A stretch of DNA of 30,140 bases from a virus. Its lineage: Duplodnaviria; Caudoviricetes. The translations under genes and the position numbers were made by a program. Each line of letters begins with the position of its first letter. Positions within the stretch are counted from its first letter, which is position 1. Below the pieces are notes generated by a model. It was not told where the DNA came from. It made no database searches and saw nothing but the letters and a program-made list of their open reading frames with translations. The stretch spans positions 1-30,140 of IMG/VR virus record IMGVR_UViG_3300011335_000497. The stretch is one strand, 5' to 3'. Of this stretch, positions 7,162 through 17,221 are shown piece after piece.

Positions 7162-8106
7162 TTACAAAGAAGAATATACAACCGAGTCAGAACCAAATCC
7201 AACTTGTAAACCTTGCGTCCAACGCATTACAAATCTGACATTTTTAGATCCGTCAATATCTTGCATATCAATAACTTTAACGAGGTTGTAATCATCAACT
7301 AAACCAGTTCCGAAGAATAGGTTTTCAACAGTTGTCAATACCATTGAGTTACCGCTATCAACTACGTTTAATCCGTTTGCTACAAAAATTGGAATACCGT
7401 CAAAACTTAACGCGCCGCCAGCAGTAAACCACTGAGTTCCTTGTGCGTTAAATCCATTTGCACCAATGTTAGTTGCAAAACCACCTAAAGCAGCAACATA
7501 CGCTTTGGCTACTTTTTGAGATACATATAATCTCAATCCTTCAGTTCCATAAATAGCTTGTGGACATTGAGCAACAACCAATCGCATTTGAGCAATTACG
7601 TTAGTAGCATCAATTGTAGTTGATGTTACTTTTAATGCAGAATCATCAACCAATAATTTTGGAATACCGTTAGTTGAGTTCCAAATGAAGTTTTCAGTTG
7701 CTAATGAAACGTCTTTAAGGATTTTTCCGATAAAGAAATCAGAAAATGAAGCCGGCATTACATCGAATGCCGAGTAACCCATTTGTACTGCATCCCAATC
7801 AGATTGAAATGGAGTTTTACAAAGTTGCAGGTTGACTTGTTTTTCAGCAACGGTCAATACTTTTTCGTTCAAAGTTACAATTCCGCTATCTTCAAAATCG
7901 CAAGTAGCGTCTTGAATGATATTACTTGATGTAACGGTCTTTACAACCTCTTTGTTTTTCACATTTGGTCGAACTGTGATACCGTTGTTTGCAATTGTGT
8001 TTGCAGACAAAATTGCGGCTGCGATATAATTCCCGGCAAACTCACCAGCATAACTGGAATTGATTGTGTTGACGGTGCTTAATTGTGTTTTTCTTAAATT
8101 TGCCAT
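7162..8106 (-). CDS. Major capsid protein
   Basis: 314 aa downstream of protease/scaffold; YAGEFAG.YI.AA, PNVK.K, ATCDF, NL.FGTGL..D.N.VKVIDM..IDGS.NVRF.MR. Confidence 0.8.
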   Translation of the reverse strand: MANLRKTQLSTVNTINSSYAGEFAGNYIAAAILSANTIANNGITVRPNVKNKEVVKTVTSSNIIQDATCDFEDSGIVTLNEKVLTVAEKQVNLQLCKTPFQSDWDAVQMGYSAFDVMPASFSDFFIGKILKDVSLATENFIWNSTNGIPKLLVDDSALKVTSTTIDATNVIAQMRLVVAQCPQAIYGTEGLRLYVSQKVAKAYVAALGGFATNIGANGFNAQGTQWFTAGGALSFDGIPIFVANGLNVVDSGNSMVLTTVENLFFGTGLVDDYNLVKVIDMQDIDGSKNVRFVMRWTQGLQVGFGSDSVVYSSL

Positions 8107-8134
8107 TTTATTTTTAATTATTTTACGTTATTGA

Positions 8135-8566
8135 TTATGCTTCAGAAACCCAAACTCCTTGACCACCTTGAATGTACCAAGCACCAACCGCAATTGCTTT
8201 GATTGTAACCCAATCACCTTTTAATGCAGTTGCTTTGGTATTAATCCAATCTTTATTGACTACTCCGGCTGATCTATTCATAGAAGCCGTTGAACCGGTT
8301 ACGAATGGGAAACCACCAACAAATGCATCTGCAGAAGCGGGGCTAAGTGTAATGATTGCAGCGCCATTTGCAGCTACATTTCTAAATGTGAAAGTCAAAC
8401 CTAAATTTGAGCTTGTGATTAATGGTAAAGTCATTACCAATGCATCTGTTCCAATGTTTATTTCTTGGAATGAATCAGCCTCTGATAATGTAGTTGAAAC
8501 AGTTGGAGCAATTACTTTTGCTCTCTCTCTTAATGTTTGATTTGAAATCGAAATTGTTGTAGGCAT
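8135..8566 (-). CDS. Putative capsid decoration protein
   Basis: Ala/Thr-rich beta protein next to the MCP; TLP...GL.FTF and WYI.GG.GVW. Confidence 0.45.
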   Translation of the reverse strand: MPTTISISNQTLRERAKVIAPTVSTTLSEADSFQEINIGTDALVMTLPLITSSNLGLTFTFRNVAANGAAIITLSPASADAFVGGFPFVTGSTASMNRSAGVVNKDWINTKATALKGDWVTIKAIAVGAWYIQGGQGVWVSEA

Positions 8567-8598
8567 TTTTTTATATTTTTAAATTATTGATTTATTTT

Positions 8599-8979
8599 TT
8601 ATACGACTTTAGCGTAAATGTTAACTGATACCAAATAACTTGGTGTTGTACCACTTAGCAAATAAGTCATTGTGGTTGTATTGTCTTTTGGTACCAAATT
8701 TGTGCTTATATCAGTAATCACTCCATAAGCAGTTACGGTTTTTGAAGCAATAGTAAAATCCGCACTTAACAACGTACTGATTGCAGTATTTGTAGCGGTA
8801 ACAATAGCACTCATTGAAGCAGATGCAGTAGAGGCAGCAGTGCCACTAAAGGCAATTGTTATAACTCTACTATTTACATAATTAAAATCAGTAACTGCGG
8901 CAACAACTGGCGGTGTATATCCGCTTGGAAGTCTGTCGGCAGACAAACCATTTTGAGTTCCATTTAGTGTTAAAGCCAT
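8599..8979 (-). CDS. Putative minor virion/decoration protein
   Basis: Thr/Ser/Ala-rich 126 aa ORF in the head cluster. Confidence 0.45.
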   Translation of the reverse strand: MALTLNGTQNGLSADRLPSGYTPPVVAAVTDFNYVNSRVITIAFSGTAASTASASMSAIVTATNTAISTLLSADFTIASKTVTAYGVITDISTNLVPKDNTTTMTYLLSGTTPSYLVSVNIYAKVV

Positions 8980-8984
8980 TTTAC

Positions 8985-9545
8985 TTATTTTTGAATGTTA
9001 GCCAATCTTGCAAAAATCAAAGCCTGGGGATCGTTTTGAGTAGATTTCAATTCTACTTTTTCAATTGGCTTGTGAATAGTTGGTTTTGTAACAATCTGTG
9101 AGGACAATTTTTCCTGAACCTCTTTCATCTCTGTTTCACTTCCACTCATTGCCTCAACCTTGGCTTGTAAATCATTAATCAATGGCATAACGGCATCCAT
9201 TACTGATTGCACAATTTCCTCTAAAGTAGCAGGAACCTGAGCCATTTTTTCTTCGTCTGCCGGAGCAGCATCCTTGGCCATTTCTTTTTCAACACCTTCT
9301 GTTTGTGCTGATGCAATCTCACCAATTTTACCAGTTTCAGTAACATACAATTTGCTACCATCTTCCATAATGTATTCCCCAATTTCCAATGGCTCTTTGT
9401 TTTCACCATCGATTTTGAATACATCGGAACCCGCTTCATAAGTACTGCACTCAATAATTGAGCCGTCTTGCAAAGTCATTTGTTTCAATTCAACCTTGCT
9501 TGAAAGCAAAGTCATAATTCTGTTTAAAATGTCTGTGTTTTTCAT
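8985..9545 (-). CDS. Putative scaffolding protein
   Basis: Acidic with a coiled-coil C-terminus; PLEIGEY.MEDG..L.V.E.G.I; lies between protease and MCP. Confidence 0.6.
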   Translation of the reverse strand: MKNTDILNRIMTLLSSKVELKQMTLQDGSIIECSTYEAGSDVFKIDGENKEPLEIGEYIMEDGSKLYVTETGKIGEIASAQTEGVEKEMAKDAAPADEEKMAQVPATLEEIVQSVMDAVMPLINDLQAKVEAMSGSETEMKEVQEKLSSQIVTKPTIHKPIEKVELKSTQNDPQALIFARLANIQK

Positions 9546-9567
9546 ATATTAATTAATCAATTTAGTA

Positions 9568-9592
9568 TATAACGGGTGTATAAAAAATTTTG
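9568..9592 (-). promoter_or_regulatory. Putative late promoter, copy 3
   Basis: CAAAA-N13-CGTTATA. Confidence 0.7.
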
Positions 9593-9597
9593 CATTT

Positions 9598-9753
9598 TCA
9601 TACTGCTTTTCTGTAAATTACGCCAATTCCTTGCGCTTGTAACGAACCATCGCAACACTTGGTTGAATATCTATTATCCGGACATAAACATCCTCTTGAC
9701 GTGCTTTTTGGACTTGTACGGCTAGGTGTCTTGAATGTTTTATTTGCTTTCAT
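9598..9753 (-). CDS. Small Cys-rich basic protein (51 aa)
   Basis: Not in the track. MKANKTFKTPSRTSPKSTSRGCLCPDNRYSTKCCDGSLQAQGIGVIYRKAV*. Confidence 0.65.
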   Translation of the reverse strand: MKANKTFKTPSRTSPKSTSRGCLCPDNRYSTKCCDGSLQAQGIGVIYRKAV

Positions 9754-10360
9754 ATTTGTCCAATAGGTTTTTGATTTCCAATAAATCTAATCCGGCCATA
9801 ATTTGTTCAACAACATCATCTTCTTTTGCCATTGGCAATTTCCCTTTGTCTGCAAAATAACCCTCAATTGAAAATCCCTTTACTTTTCCGGTTTTGATAA
9901 AGTCATTCCAAATAACATCGTTGTTTACTTTGATGCTACCCATCCAAGTTCCTACCGGAACATTCAGATTGTAAAGATTTGATTTGTCTTTTTCCAGATC
10001 CTCTACAATCCAGCTCTCAACCATTGTCAAACCGGATATTGTTTCCATATGCTCAAATGTAGCATTGGATTGATTTCCGTTTTGGAAAAACATTTCCATA
10101 CATTTGCGAATTGTATCTTGGCTGAAATAAATATAATATTCGCCATTTTCTTCATCGCGTCTGTAAATGGGTTTGTCCGGTACAAGTAACGCGCCCATTA
10201 TGATTTTCTTTTCTTTGCTGACTTCTGCAAATTTGTATTCCTTATTTTCGTTTTTTAAGGCAATCCAATCTTCTTCAATAGCCGGATTTTCTACAATTGA
10301 AACGGCATCAATACCGCTCAACTCCATATTCTCGTCAATTATTAGTTCTATTAGTTTCAT
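9740..10360 (-). CDS. Prohead protease, XkdF-like
   Basis: VS.VE.PAIEE, G..LVPDK.IYR, T.EH, VESW, PVGTW and KGFSIEG motifs. Confidence 0.8.
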   Translation of the reverse strand: MKLIELIIDENMELSGIDAVSIVENPAIEEDWIALKNENKEYKFAEVSKEKKIIMGALLVPDKPIYRRDEENGEYYIYFSQDTIRKCMEMFFQNGNQSNATFEHMETISGLTMVESWIVEDLEKDKSNLYNLNVPVGTWMGSIKVNNDVIWNDFIKTGKVKGFSIEGYFADKGKLPMAKEDDVVEQIMAGLDLLEIKNLLDKYESK

Positions 10361-10365
10361 GTGTG

Positions 10366-10390
10366 TATAACGTATTAAATTTATATTTTG
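10366..10390 (-). promoter_or_regulatory. Putative late promoter, copy 2
   Basis: CAAAA-N13-CGTTATA, 5 nt before ATG 10360. Confidence 0.7.
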
Positions 10391-10394
10391 TTTT

Positions 10395-12269
10395 TTATCC
10401 TATTGTTGCCCCTTTTATAATTGACCTATCCATTCCTTGCTGACTTGTAACATCACTTGACACTACATAGGTTTTTATTGGTTGCTGATTTTGACTGCCT
10501 AATGTGTTTGCTAATTGGTTAACATTTGAACCTGATATTGAACTTGCGTTTGGCATTGCCACCGGCGGAGCACCCATTGCAGCGCCTCCACCGCCACCGC
10601 CACTACTTCCGGGAACTTTGGTAGCCAATATATTTTTAACGGCTTTGAAACCAGTAGCCGCAATAATAGCGACATTGGCAATTTTCAAACCAATCTCAAA
10701 TGGCGTGACCGTTTTTGTAGCAAGTTCTGCCGTTATACCTTGATACGTGTTTATCAATGCTGACGCAACCGCTAAACCTTTTGCCGCCGCCGTATTTTCA
10801 CCCAATAACGCCGCCGCATTTGACATCGTTGAACTGACTTTATTTATTAGTTGAGTTTGGGCTTCCGCCTTTGCTTTGTCGATATTTATTTGTGCGTCAG
10901 CGGTTTGTTTATGTATTGCGACTTTTTGTTCTTCCGTTAGTGTTGTATCAGCCAAAAGCAATGTTTCACGCTCCGCAATTAACCTACGTTTTTCCTCAAA
11001 TGTGACATTGTCTGCCTCCATTTGATTTTGGTTTTTTAATAGTTTTTCTGATTGTTCTTTTTCAAATGCAGTACGCGCATCCTCATCCGCTTTTTTCTTG
11101 GCCTCATCGTCTTTGTCCTTTTTTTCCTTTGCCAATTTTTCTTGCAATTGAGCATGCAGCAACGCATATTTTTCATTGTGTTGCTTCATTAGGGTTTCAA
11201 CATTTGCACCCTTTTTTCTTAACGCCTCAATTTCCTCAAGATCACGTTGCGCTTGCAAATCAAGTTTTTCCTGCTCAGTAATTGCTTTGGCGTCCCTAAT
11301 TGATTCAGCTTGTTTCTTTTCAAGGTCTGCGATTGACTTTAAAAAATCCTCACGCTCTTTTTTTAAACGTGCTTGCTCTTTGGCTTCTTCCTCTAATTTT
11401 TTCTTTTTTGCTTCCGCTTGCTTTTCAAGTAATTCCTTTTGTTTTTCGGCTGCTTCCTTTTCGGCTTCGGTCAATTGTTTTGTACCCTCACCAAATGCTT
11501 TCATGCTGGTTTTAAATGTCCCGGTTGCTTTGCCAAATGAACCGGTAACTTTGTCAATACCTCCGCTTATTTTGTCCCCATCAAGTGTAAATACACCCTC
11601 CAATATTTCCATTGCACCGCCCCCGGCTTCTTTCAAAAAAGTAAAGTAAGCCATCATTCCGGAGTACACCATTCCAACCGCTTTTGTGACGTAAGGCAAT
11701 GCGGTCATTGCTAATTCTAAAAAAGCATCAAGTAAAGGCTCAACCGCTTTAAAAATACCAAAGGTTATTTTCTTTAACCCATCAAACAAAGGTTGCAATT
11801 TTTTAGTTGCTTCTTCGTTTTCAGAAAACGCCGCTGCCAAACCCCCAAGCAAAGCAACAATCAATCCAATACCAGTTGCTTTTAAAGCACCGCCAAAAGT
11901 TTGTGTTGCTACCTTTGCTTTGTTTATTCCAGCACCCAACATCCCAATTGGGCCGCCGGCATTTTCTAAACTATCAACCCAATCTGACGATGTATTCTTG
12001 GCTGATTTTAATTTGTCTTCAAGCTCGTCAATATCATTGTACAACTTCTTGAATTCATCTGAACCAACCGCAACATTTTTTAATTCGCGTTTTAGTTTTT
12101 TTAATCCGGCCATTGACTCCTCAACTTGCACACCGTTACCGGCTTTGGCAAATACTTGTTGAGCATCTTGTGCATCTTTTGATGTGCTATCAAATGCATC
12201 ACCTAATCTATTGACATCACTGACTGCTGAACTGGTATCAACTTTTACTTTTACTTCTATATCTTGCAT
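10395..12269 (-). CDS. Tail tape measure protein
   Basis: 624 aa; ALKATGIGLIVALLG hydrophobic segment, long E/K/A coiled coil and IKTYVVSSDVTSQQ end. Confidence 0.8.
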   Translation of the reverse strand: MQDIEVKVKVDTSSAVSDVNRLGDAFDSTSKDAQDAQQVFAKAGNGVQVEESMAGLKKLKRELKNVAVGSDEFKKLYNDIDELEDKLKSAKNTSSDWVDSLENAGGPIGMLGAGINKAKVATQTFGGALKATGIGLIVALLGGLAAAFSENEEATKKLQPLFDGLKKITFGIFKAVEPLLDAFLELAMTALPYVTKAVGMVYSGMMAYFTFLKEAGGGAMEILEGVFTLDGDKISGGIDKVTGSFGKATGTFKTSMKAFGEGTKQLTEAEKEAAEKQKELLEKQAEAKKKKLEEEAKEQARLKKEREDFLKSIADLEKKQAESIRDAKAITEQEKLDLQAQRDLEEIEALRKKGANVETLMKQHNEKYALLHAQLQEKLAKEKKDKDDEAKKKADEDARTAFEKEQSEKLLKNQNQMEADNVTFEEKRRLIAERETLLLADTTLTEEQKVAIHKQTADAQINIDKAKAEAQTQLINKVSSTMSNAAALLGENTAAAKGLAVASALINTYQGITAELATKTVTPFEIGLKIANVAIIAATGFKAVKNILATKVPGSSGGGGGGAAMGAPPVAMPNASSISGSNVNQLANTLGSQNQQPIKTYVVSSDVTSQQGMDRSIIKGATIG

Positions 12270-12271
12270 GA

Positions 12272-12415
12272 TTATTTGCTTCTAAATAGGGTTTTAAATG
12301 GTTTTAAGGCATCATTTATTGTCATTGGTAGTTTGTTCTTGCCTTTGGCAATTGCGATGTACTTGCTATCTGATTTGATGTCTAATTTTAATGCTTCTAG
12401 TATTTGGTATATCAT
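12272..12415 (-). CDS. Small hypothetical protein (47 aa)
   Basis: MIYQILEALKLDIKSDSKYIAIAKGKNKLPMTINDALKPFKTLFRSK*. It overlaps the upstream gene by ATGA and ends 2 nt before the TMP start. Confidence 0.6.
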   Translation of the reverse strand: MIYQILEALKLDIKSDSKYIAIAKGKNKLPMTINDALKPFKTLFRSK

Positions 12416-14865
12416 AACGATTGGAATATAGGTAATTGAACAATAGTTGAAACTCCGTTTTTGAAGTATTCTAGATTAACATAGCTTGTACGATCTAAGC
12501 CAGTACCATTTGCTGGTATGCTTACATCCAACAAAACGTCTGTACTATTATTTGATGCAACTGCATATGTAATAGTTCCAGATTTAGCAATTATGTCAAA
12601 AGAATCATAATCAGATTTGTAGATTATAAATTCTACGTCCTGAGCAGTATTATCAACAATTAACACCGGTATGTTTGAGTACCTGCCTGCATAAGATTCA
12701 GGTAGTGTACGGAAGTCATTAATCAATTCAAAATCAATTTCACCACTTGTAAGATTAATTTGAATGTTATTTATCACATATCGTTTATTCGACATAATGA
12801 TCCTATCATTGATCTGCAAGTTTGTAATGAAATCTGCATTGAAAATACCTTTGACTTTGACAGAACGTGTCCTTTGGTTATATAAATTCTCAATATAGTT
12901 TGAGTAGAAATCAAAGTACAATCCATTGGTTGCATTTGATCCAAACCAAGGTGAAGTTTCAACACCCCAATTTAATGAATGTAGATATGCTAAATCACTT
13001 CCCCCAAGTAGTAATTCATTTGAGTATCTACGATAAATACTAGCAGTTGTATAGCCACCACTATACGCAATTTGGATTGGAGTTGTTAATGTCTCAACAC
13101 CATTGTTATAAATTATCATTGGCTTTGGTGTATATGCAGCAAGGTTTTTATCAACCAAAGTTGTGGTTAGCCAAGGCTCACTAGGAGGCTTTTTCCATAT
13201 TACATTTTCAAATGGAAGTTTGACCTCGTAATTTTCAGTAAACGAAGATTGAGTATTTTCATAAAACAAATCACCATAGTACTGGTTGTTATTATTTTCG
13301 TAGAATAGGTTGTTTATGTAGTTTTCGCTTTTTTCGTATTTGAAGTCGATTTTTTTAAACAAATTTGGTCTGTTGATCTCTATGCTTTCATCACTAATAA
13401 ACTCGGTTATTTCATTCAATTTGCCTCTATTATACCAATTTTCTAATTCAATGAATTCAAACTCAGTTTCACTTATTGCTACAATCATTAGATTATGCAT
13501 TTTAATTAAGCCAGTAAGAAAATCAGTTATCGTAATGTCAGGAATAAAATTCTGTATTCTCAACTCAGACAATGATGTTTGTGTAGTTGGATTTCCAGTA
13601 TACACTTGAGAAATACATACCAAATACGGTCCCTGAGTACTAGGCACCCAAAAACCTTTTTTAACTTCTGCATCAAAAGTGAAGGTAGCAGGCAAATCAG
13701 AATTTACATAAAATTCAAAATTATTTACTTCAGAAAAATATCCACTTTTGTTAAAAAAAAGAGAGTAATAAGTACCGCTGTAATTCAATATACTCTGAAA
13801 TAATACACCATTATTGTATATGAATATATTATAATTTGTACAAGTAGTTGATATTTGTAACCAAGTGGATTGTCGATATACAATTACTTCAGGAAACGGA
13901 GTTACAGGAAACGTGATAGTACCTTGGTATTGAACTCTAACAACATTGGTTATAGTAGCATTTGTTGTATTAAGAAAATCTATTTTTTTCAATGCAGTTT
14001 TACATTGCATTTTCTGTGCATTTTTACAATACAACTCGGATTGTCGAATACGTCTAGATGTTAAAAAAACACCGCTAAATGTTATTCCAAAATTGGTTTG
14101 AATTAATTGCAACAGAATAGACAATTTTATACTGGGGAATAAATCACTCCATACAATTGCTCCGGTAGTTGTTGTTACGTCCCTTACACTTGCAGTCAAA
14201 TACTCATACTCATGATCACTACCTATTAATGGAAAATGAATGTTATACGTTGAGTACGAGTTATCTATAATTGTGCTTCGTACATATCCCGCATTGTAAG
14301 GTATGTTATATGCATCATATCCATACAAGCTATTTAACTTAAAGTCTTTGAATCGATCTGTCAATTGACTAATTGAACTTACAAAATTTATTGAATAGCT
14401 ATCAACAACATTGTTTTTGATGTTTGCTTTTTGCATTGTAAAATTACCTGACTTAAATGGTAACGTATCAATTTCAATATATCCTTTGTATGTTTTTCTA
14501 TGGTCAAATGCAGTACCTTCAATAAGATCTACTGGGCTGTCTAAATTAGTTTCGCCTATTGCAGACTCATACCAATACTTAAAAATTTCATTGTTATATG
14601 TGGTTGCTGGTACAGTAAATACCTTAGTAAAATCCGCAAATAATTTAGATAAATCATTGTAGTTTTTAATAGTGCTGTTTATGGTAATTACTTCATCAGC
14701 AAACAACTCAATTCTTTTATAGTCCAATCCAGCAACACCCTCACTAATCAATGTCTCATCTGCCGTGTGATACGTATCATCTGCTTTTACAAGTGTTGTG
14801 TCGGCAGTAAACAATACATTTGGACTAATACTTTCAACTTGTATGTAAATTGATGTAACTATCAT
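12412..14865 (-). CDS. Tail tip/hub protein
   Basis: 817 aa; IELF.DE.I.I...I....DLSKLF.DFT..FTVPA...NN.IF, located in the tail cluster. Confidence 0.6.
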   Translation of the reverse strand: MIVTSIYIQVESISPNVLFTADTTLVKADDTYHTADETLISEGVAGLDYKRIELFADEVITINSTIKNYNDLSKLFADFTKVFTVPATTYNNEIFKYWYESAIGETNLDSPVDLIEGTAFDHRKTYKGYIEIDTLPFKSGNFTMQKANIKNNVVDSYSINFVSSISQLTDRFKDFKLNSLYGYDAYNIPYNAGYVRSTIIDNSYSTYNIHFPLIGSDHEYEYLTASVRDVTTTTGAIVWSDLFPSIKLSILLQLIQTNFGITFSGVFLTSRRIRQSELYCKNAQKMQCKTALKKIDFLNTTNATITNVVRVQYQGTITFPVTPFPEVIVYRQSTWLQISTTCTNYNIFIYNNGVLFQSILNYSGTYYSLFFNKSGYFSEVNNFEFYVNSDLPATFTFDAEVKKGFWVPSTQGPYLVCISQVYTGNPTTQTSLSELRIQNFIPDITITDFLTGLIKMHNLMIVAISETEFEFIELENWYNRGKLNEITEFISDESIEINRPNLFKKIDFKYEKSENYINNLFYENNNNQYYGDLFYENTQSSFTENYEVKLPFENVIWKKPPSEPWLTTTLVDKNLAAYTPKPMIIYNNGVETLTTPIQIAYSGGYTTASIYRRYSNELLLGGSDLAYLHSLNWGVETSPWFGSNATNGLYFDFYSNYIENLYNQRTRSVKVKGIFNADFITNLQINDRIIMSNKRYVINNIQINLTSGEIDFELINDFRTLPESYAGRYSNIPVLIVDNTAQDVEFIIYKSDYDSFDIIAKSGTITYAVASNNSTDVLLDVSIPANGTGLDRTSYVNLEYFKNGVSTIVQLPIFQSL

Positions 14866-15938
14866 ACCACGTTATTTACAAGGTTAAATGCGTATTCAAA
14901 TTCAATTTGGTAGTTGATGTTTTTCTCGTTCAGATGTGTTTTCAAATCCATATCTTGGGTTACAACTTTAACTGGTTGCCCCTCTAATAAGATAGTTTCA
15001 CTCAACAAAAGTTGCTTGATGATTTCTTTGTAATTCTCATCAACCCACCCGGTATTGCATTTGATTTTTTCTGTTCCATTTAGATTGAACCTTTTGAATT
15101 GACCTCTGTATGTATTGTAGATATATTTATCTAACAAGTTATAGTCAGTTCCTTTTGCGCTCATACTACTAGAACTTGCTTTGAAAAATGTAAGGAATTG
15201 CCATCCACCTAATTTGTTCACAAAGGATACATTGATTGGTTCATACTTTGGCTCACAGACATTTACTGAATTATAGATATAGTAAATATCAGTAGTAATT
15301 ACATTGTAAATTGTGAGTTTGCATTGTTCCCACGCAAATGATGGACTCGTATGAACAATAGGCACTTTTATATTGTAAATTCCGTGTGTCATTGCAGATG
15401 TAGTGATATCATAATATCTTGCGCCGCCAGTAGGTGTTTCATATTTGGCTTTGATATCAGAACCAGTATGGTCAACCAAAAAATTGATATACGGAATATC
15501 TTTGTTTAGATCGTAATAAATAATTTGGTCACTATCAGTTAATGCTTTGTAGAAATTTGTTGATATGAAATTATATCCGTCTGCATAATCGTTATATCCA
15601 TAAACTGATACCGCTTCAAATGTTTCAAGGAATACCCATCCAGTACCATAATCAACAAATTTGTCAACCAACACATTGCACCACATTGTTGTGAATTCAT
15701 TTGTTGGACTTGTTTGAATCAATGGATATGTCTGTTTAATATATCTAGAAATTACACTACTAATATTGAAATTCAATTCACTACTTGATGAACTTAATAC
15801 TTTTTTTTCAAATATTCTTGTTGGTGTTGCTGGTTGTGTATTTGGGTTATTCCAAACATACACCTCTATTTTCACACCAACTTGACCAGTTTCATCAACT
15901 GATATTGAGTATGGTGTTCTACAATTTATTACGTTCAT
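14862..15938 (-). CDS. Tail structural protein (possible distal tail)
   Basis: C-terminal CEPKYEP..V.FVNK.GGWQ...F and NTGWV.E...IKQLLLSE; tail cluster. Confidence 0.55.
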   Translation of the reverse strand: MNVINCRTPYSISVDETGQVGVKIEVYVWNNPNTQPATPTRIFEKKVLSSSSSELNFNISSVISRYIKQTYPLIQTSPTNEFTTMWCNVLVDKFVDYGTGWVFLETFEAVSVYGYNDYADGYNFISTNFYKALTDSDQIIYYDLNKDIPYINFLVDHTGSDIKAKYETPTGGARYYDITTSAMTHGIYNIKVPIVHTSPSFAWEQCKLTIYNVITTDIYYIYNSVNVCEPKYEPINVSFVNKLGGWQFLTFFKASSSSMSAKGTDYNLLDKYIYNTYRGQFKRFNLNGTEKIKCNTGWVDENYKEIIKQLLLSETILLEGQPVKVVTQDMDLKTHLNEKNINYQIEFEYAFNLVNNVV

Positions 15939-16465
15939 TATTTGAGATTGTTAAAATTAGTTTTTATAAGCAAATCAACTGTTTTTTTCACGTCAAGCGA
16001 TAATGCGTCAACTAATATGCTTGGCAATGTATTAAAATTCTTTTTGACTGAATCGGTTAAAAAATGGCTTGGCTCAATACCGTTTTTGAATATATGTCTT
16101 GACAATGCAAATTGTATACTTTTTCTAGATTGAAATTGACCGCCGGATGTTCTTGGGGCAATCCCTCGTCTGACCATCCAACCGTCAAATGCGCTAGGTG
16201 GTGGTGGTTTGGTCGTGTATGAATAATCCGTGTTATATTTTTTTTCAGTTCCAGATACCCCTTGGTCTACGAATGCTCCATATGGTGCCATATTGATATT
16301 CAACTCAATTGAACGTTTTGAGGCCTTTACGCGGTTTATTTTTATGCTTTCGAGCAATTTGCCGCTTGCAACCTTTTTATCCCTCTCAAGGTTACTCTTT
16401 GCATCTAGAACTACTTGCTCCGCAAATTCCTCCAATGCAATTTGTAAGTTTTCAGTATTTAGCAT
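15938..16465 (-). CDS. Tail completion/neck protein (HK97 gp10-like)
   Basis: ASGKL..SI, YG.FVD.GV.G, PP......W...G and GI.PS.F. Confidence 0.6.
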   Translation of the reverse strand: MLNTENLQIALEEFAEQVVLDAKSNLERDKKVASGKLLESIKINRVKASKRSIELNINMAPYGAFVDQGVSGTEKKYNTDYSYTTKPPPPSAFDGWMVRRGIAPRTSGGQFQSRKSIQFALSRHIFKNGIEPSHFLTDSVKKNFNTLPSILVDALSLDVKKTVDLLIKTNFNNLK

Positions 16466-16968
16466 TTGTTAATGTCATTTGGCAAAGTGATGTTAATTAC
16501 GGTTTGGTAGCCGGCTAACATATTTTCCATTTCCTTGTTTATGACTTGGCTCTGTGGGGTGTTGTCAAGTTCATATTCCGTGTTGGTTGATAGTATGTTG
16601 GTTTGCCTTAGTTTAGTCACCAACTTATTTACAACGAATAATTGATTTGTAAGTATGTAAATCAAATTGTCATTGCCATATGTGCCTGTGGGTTGGCTAA
16701 TTGCTTCGGGCAAATCCTTTGAAATGTTAACTATATCCAAATTGAATAACGTGACGTCAAAGGTTAATGAATTTATGTTGTGAGTTACTGAATTTATAGT
16801 GATATGTGCTAAAGGGAAAATGGTCATTTTAGCCAAATCAATTTCAGTTAATTCGCCAATGGTTACGTTATTGCAAAAATCACTTGAAAGGAGTTCATTT
16901 TTCATTATTTCAAGCACATTATAAAGTGATTGAACACCCCTTAGCTGATTGTTATTTATTACCGGCAT
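16459..16968 (-). CDS. Putative tail terminator
   Basis: VT.G.L.EIDL.K.TIFPLAHI and EN.LAG; size and position fit. Confidence 0.5.
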   Translation of the reverse strand: MPVINNNQLRGVQSLYNVLEIMKNELLSSDFCNNVTIGELTEIDLAKMTIFPLAHITINSVTHNINSLTFDVTLFNLDIVNISKDLPEAISQPTGTYGNDNLIYILTNQLFVVNKLVTKLRQTNILSTNTEYELDNTPQSQVINKEMENMLAGYQTVINITLPNDINKC

Positions 16969-17221
16969 ATTTCTTTTGTATTTGTTTTAGTTGTTTATCC
17001 TCCATTTTGCGTTTGTCAATATTGTAACACAATTTTTTCAAACAAGTGTGCATCGGTAACTCTGTTACTTCTTCAAACTTTGTAACATCCCCGCCAGCGA
17101 GTTCATCGAGAGTTGCGTACCAACCCCACTCTCTAACAAATTGACTTGCTTCGGGAATGTCGTCTGTTGATCGTCCAAATATTTGGTAATAGCTATCAGC
17201 AAGTCCGTCCCTAAATTCCAA
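16952..17221 (-). CDS. Frameshifted C-terminal extension of the tail assembly chaperone (gpT-like)
   Basis: Begins exactly at a T9 run in the -1 frame; F...WGWY..LDELAGGDVTKFEEVT.LP. Confidence 0.7.
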   Translation of the reverse strand: MEFRDGLADSYYQIFGRSTDDIPEASQFVREWGWYATLDELAGGDVTKFEEVTELPMHTCLKKLCYNIDKRKMEDKQLKQIQKKYAGNK

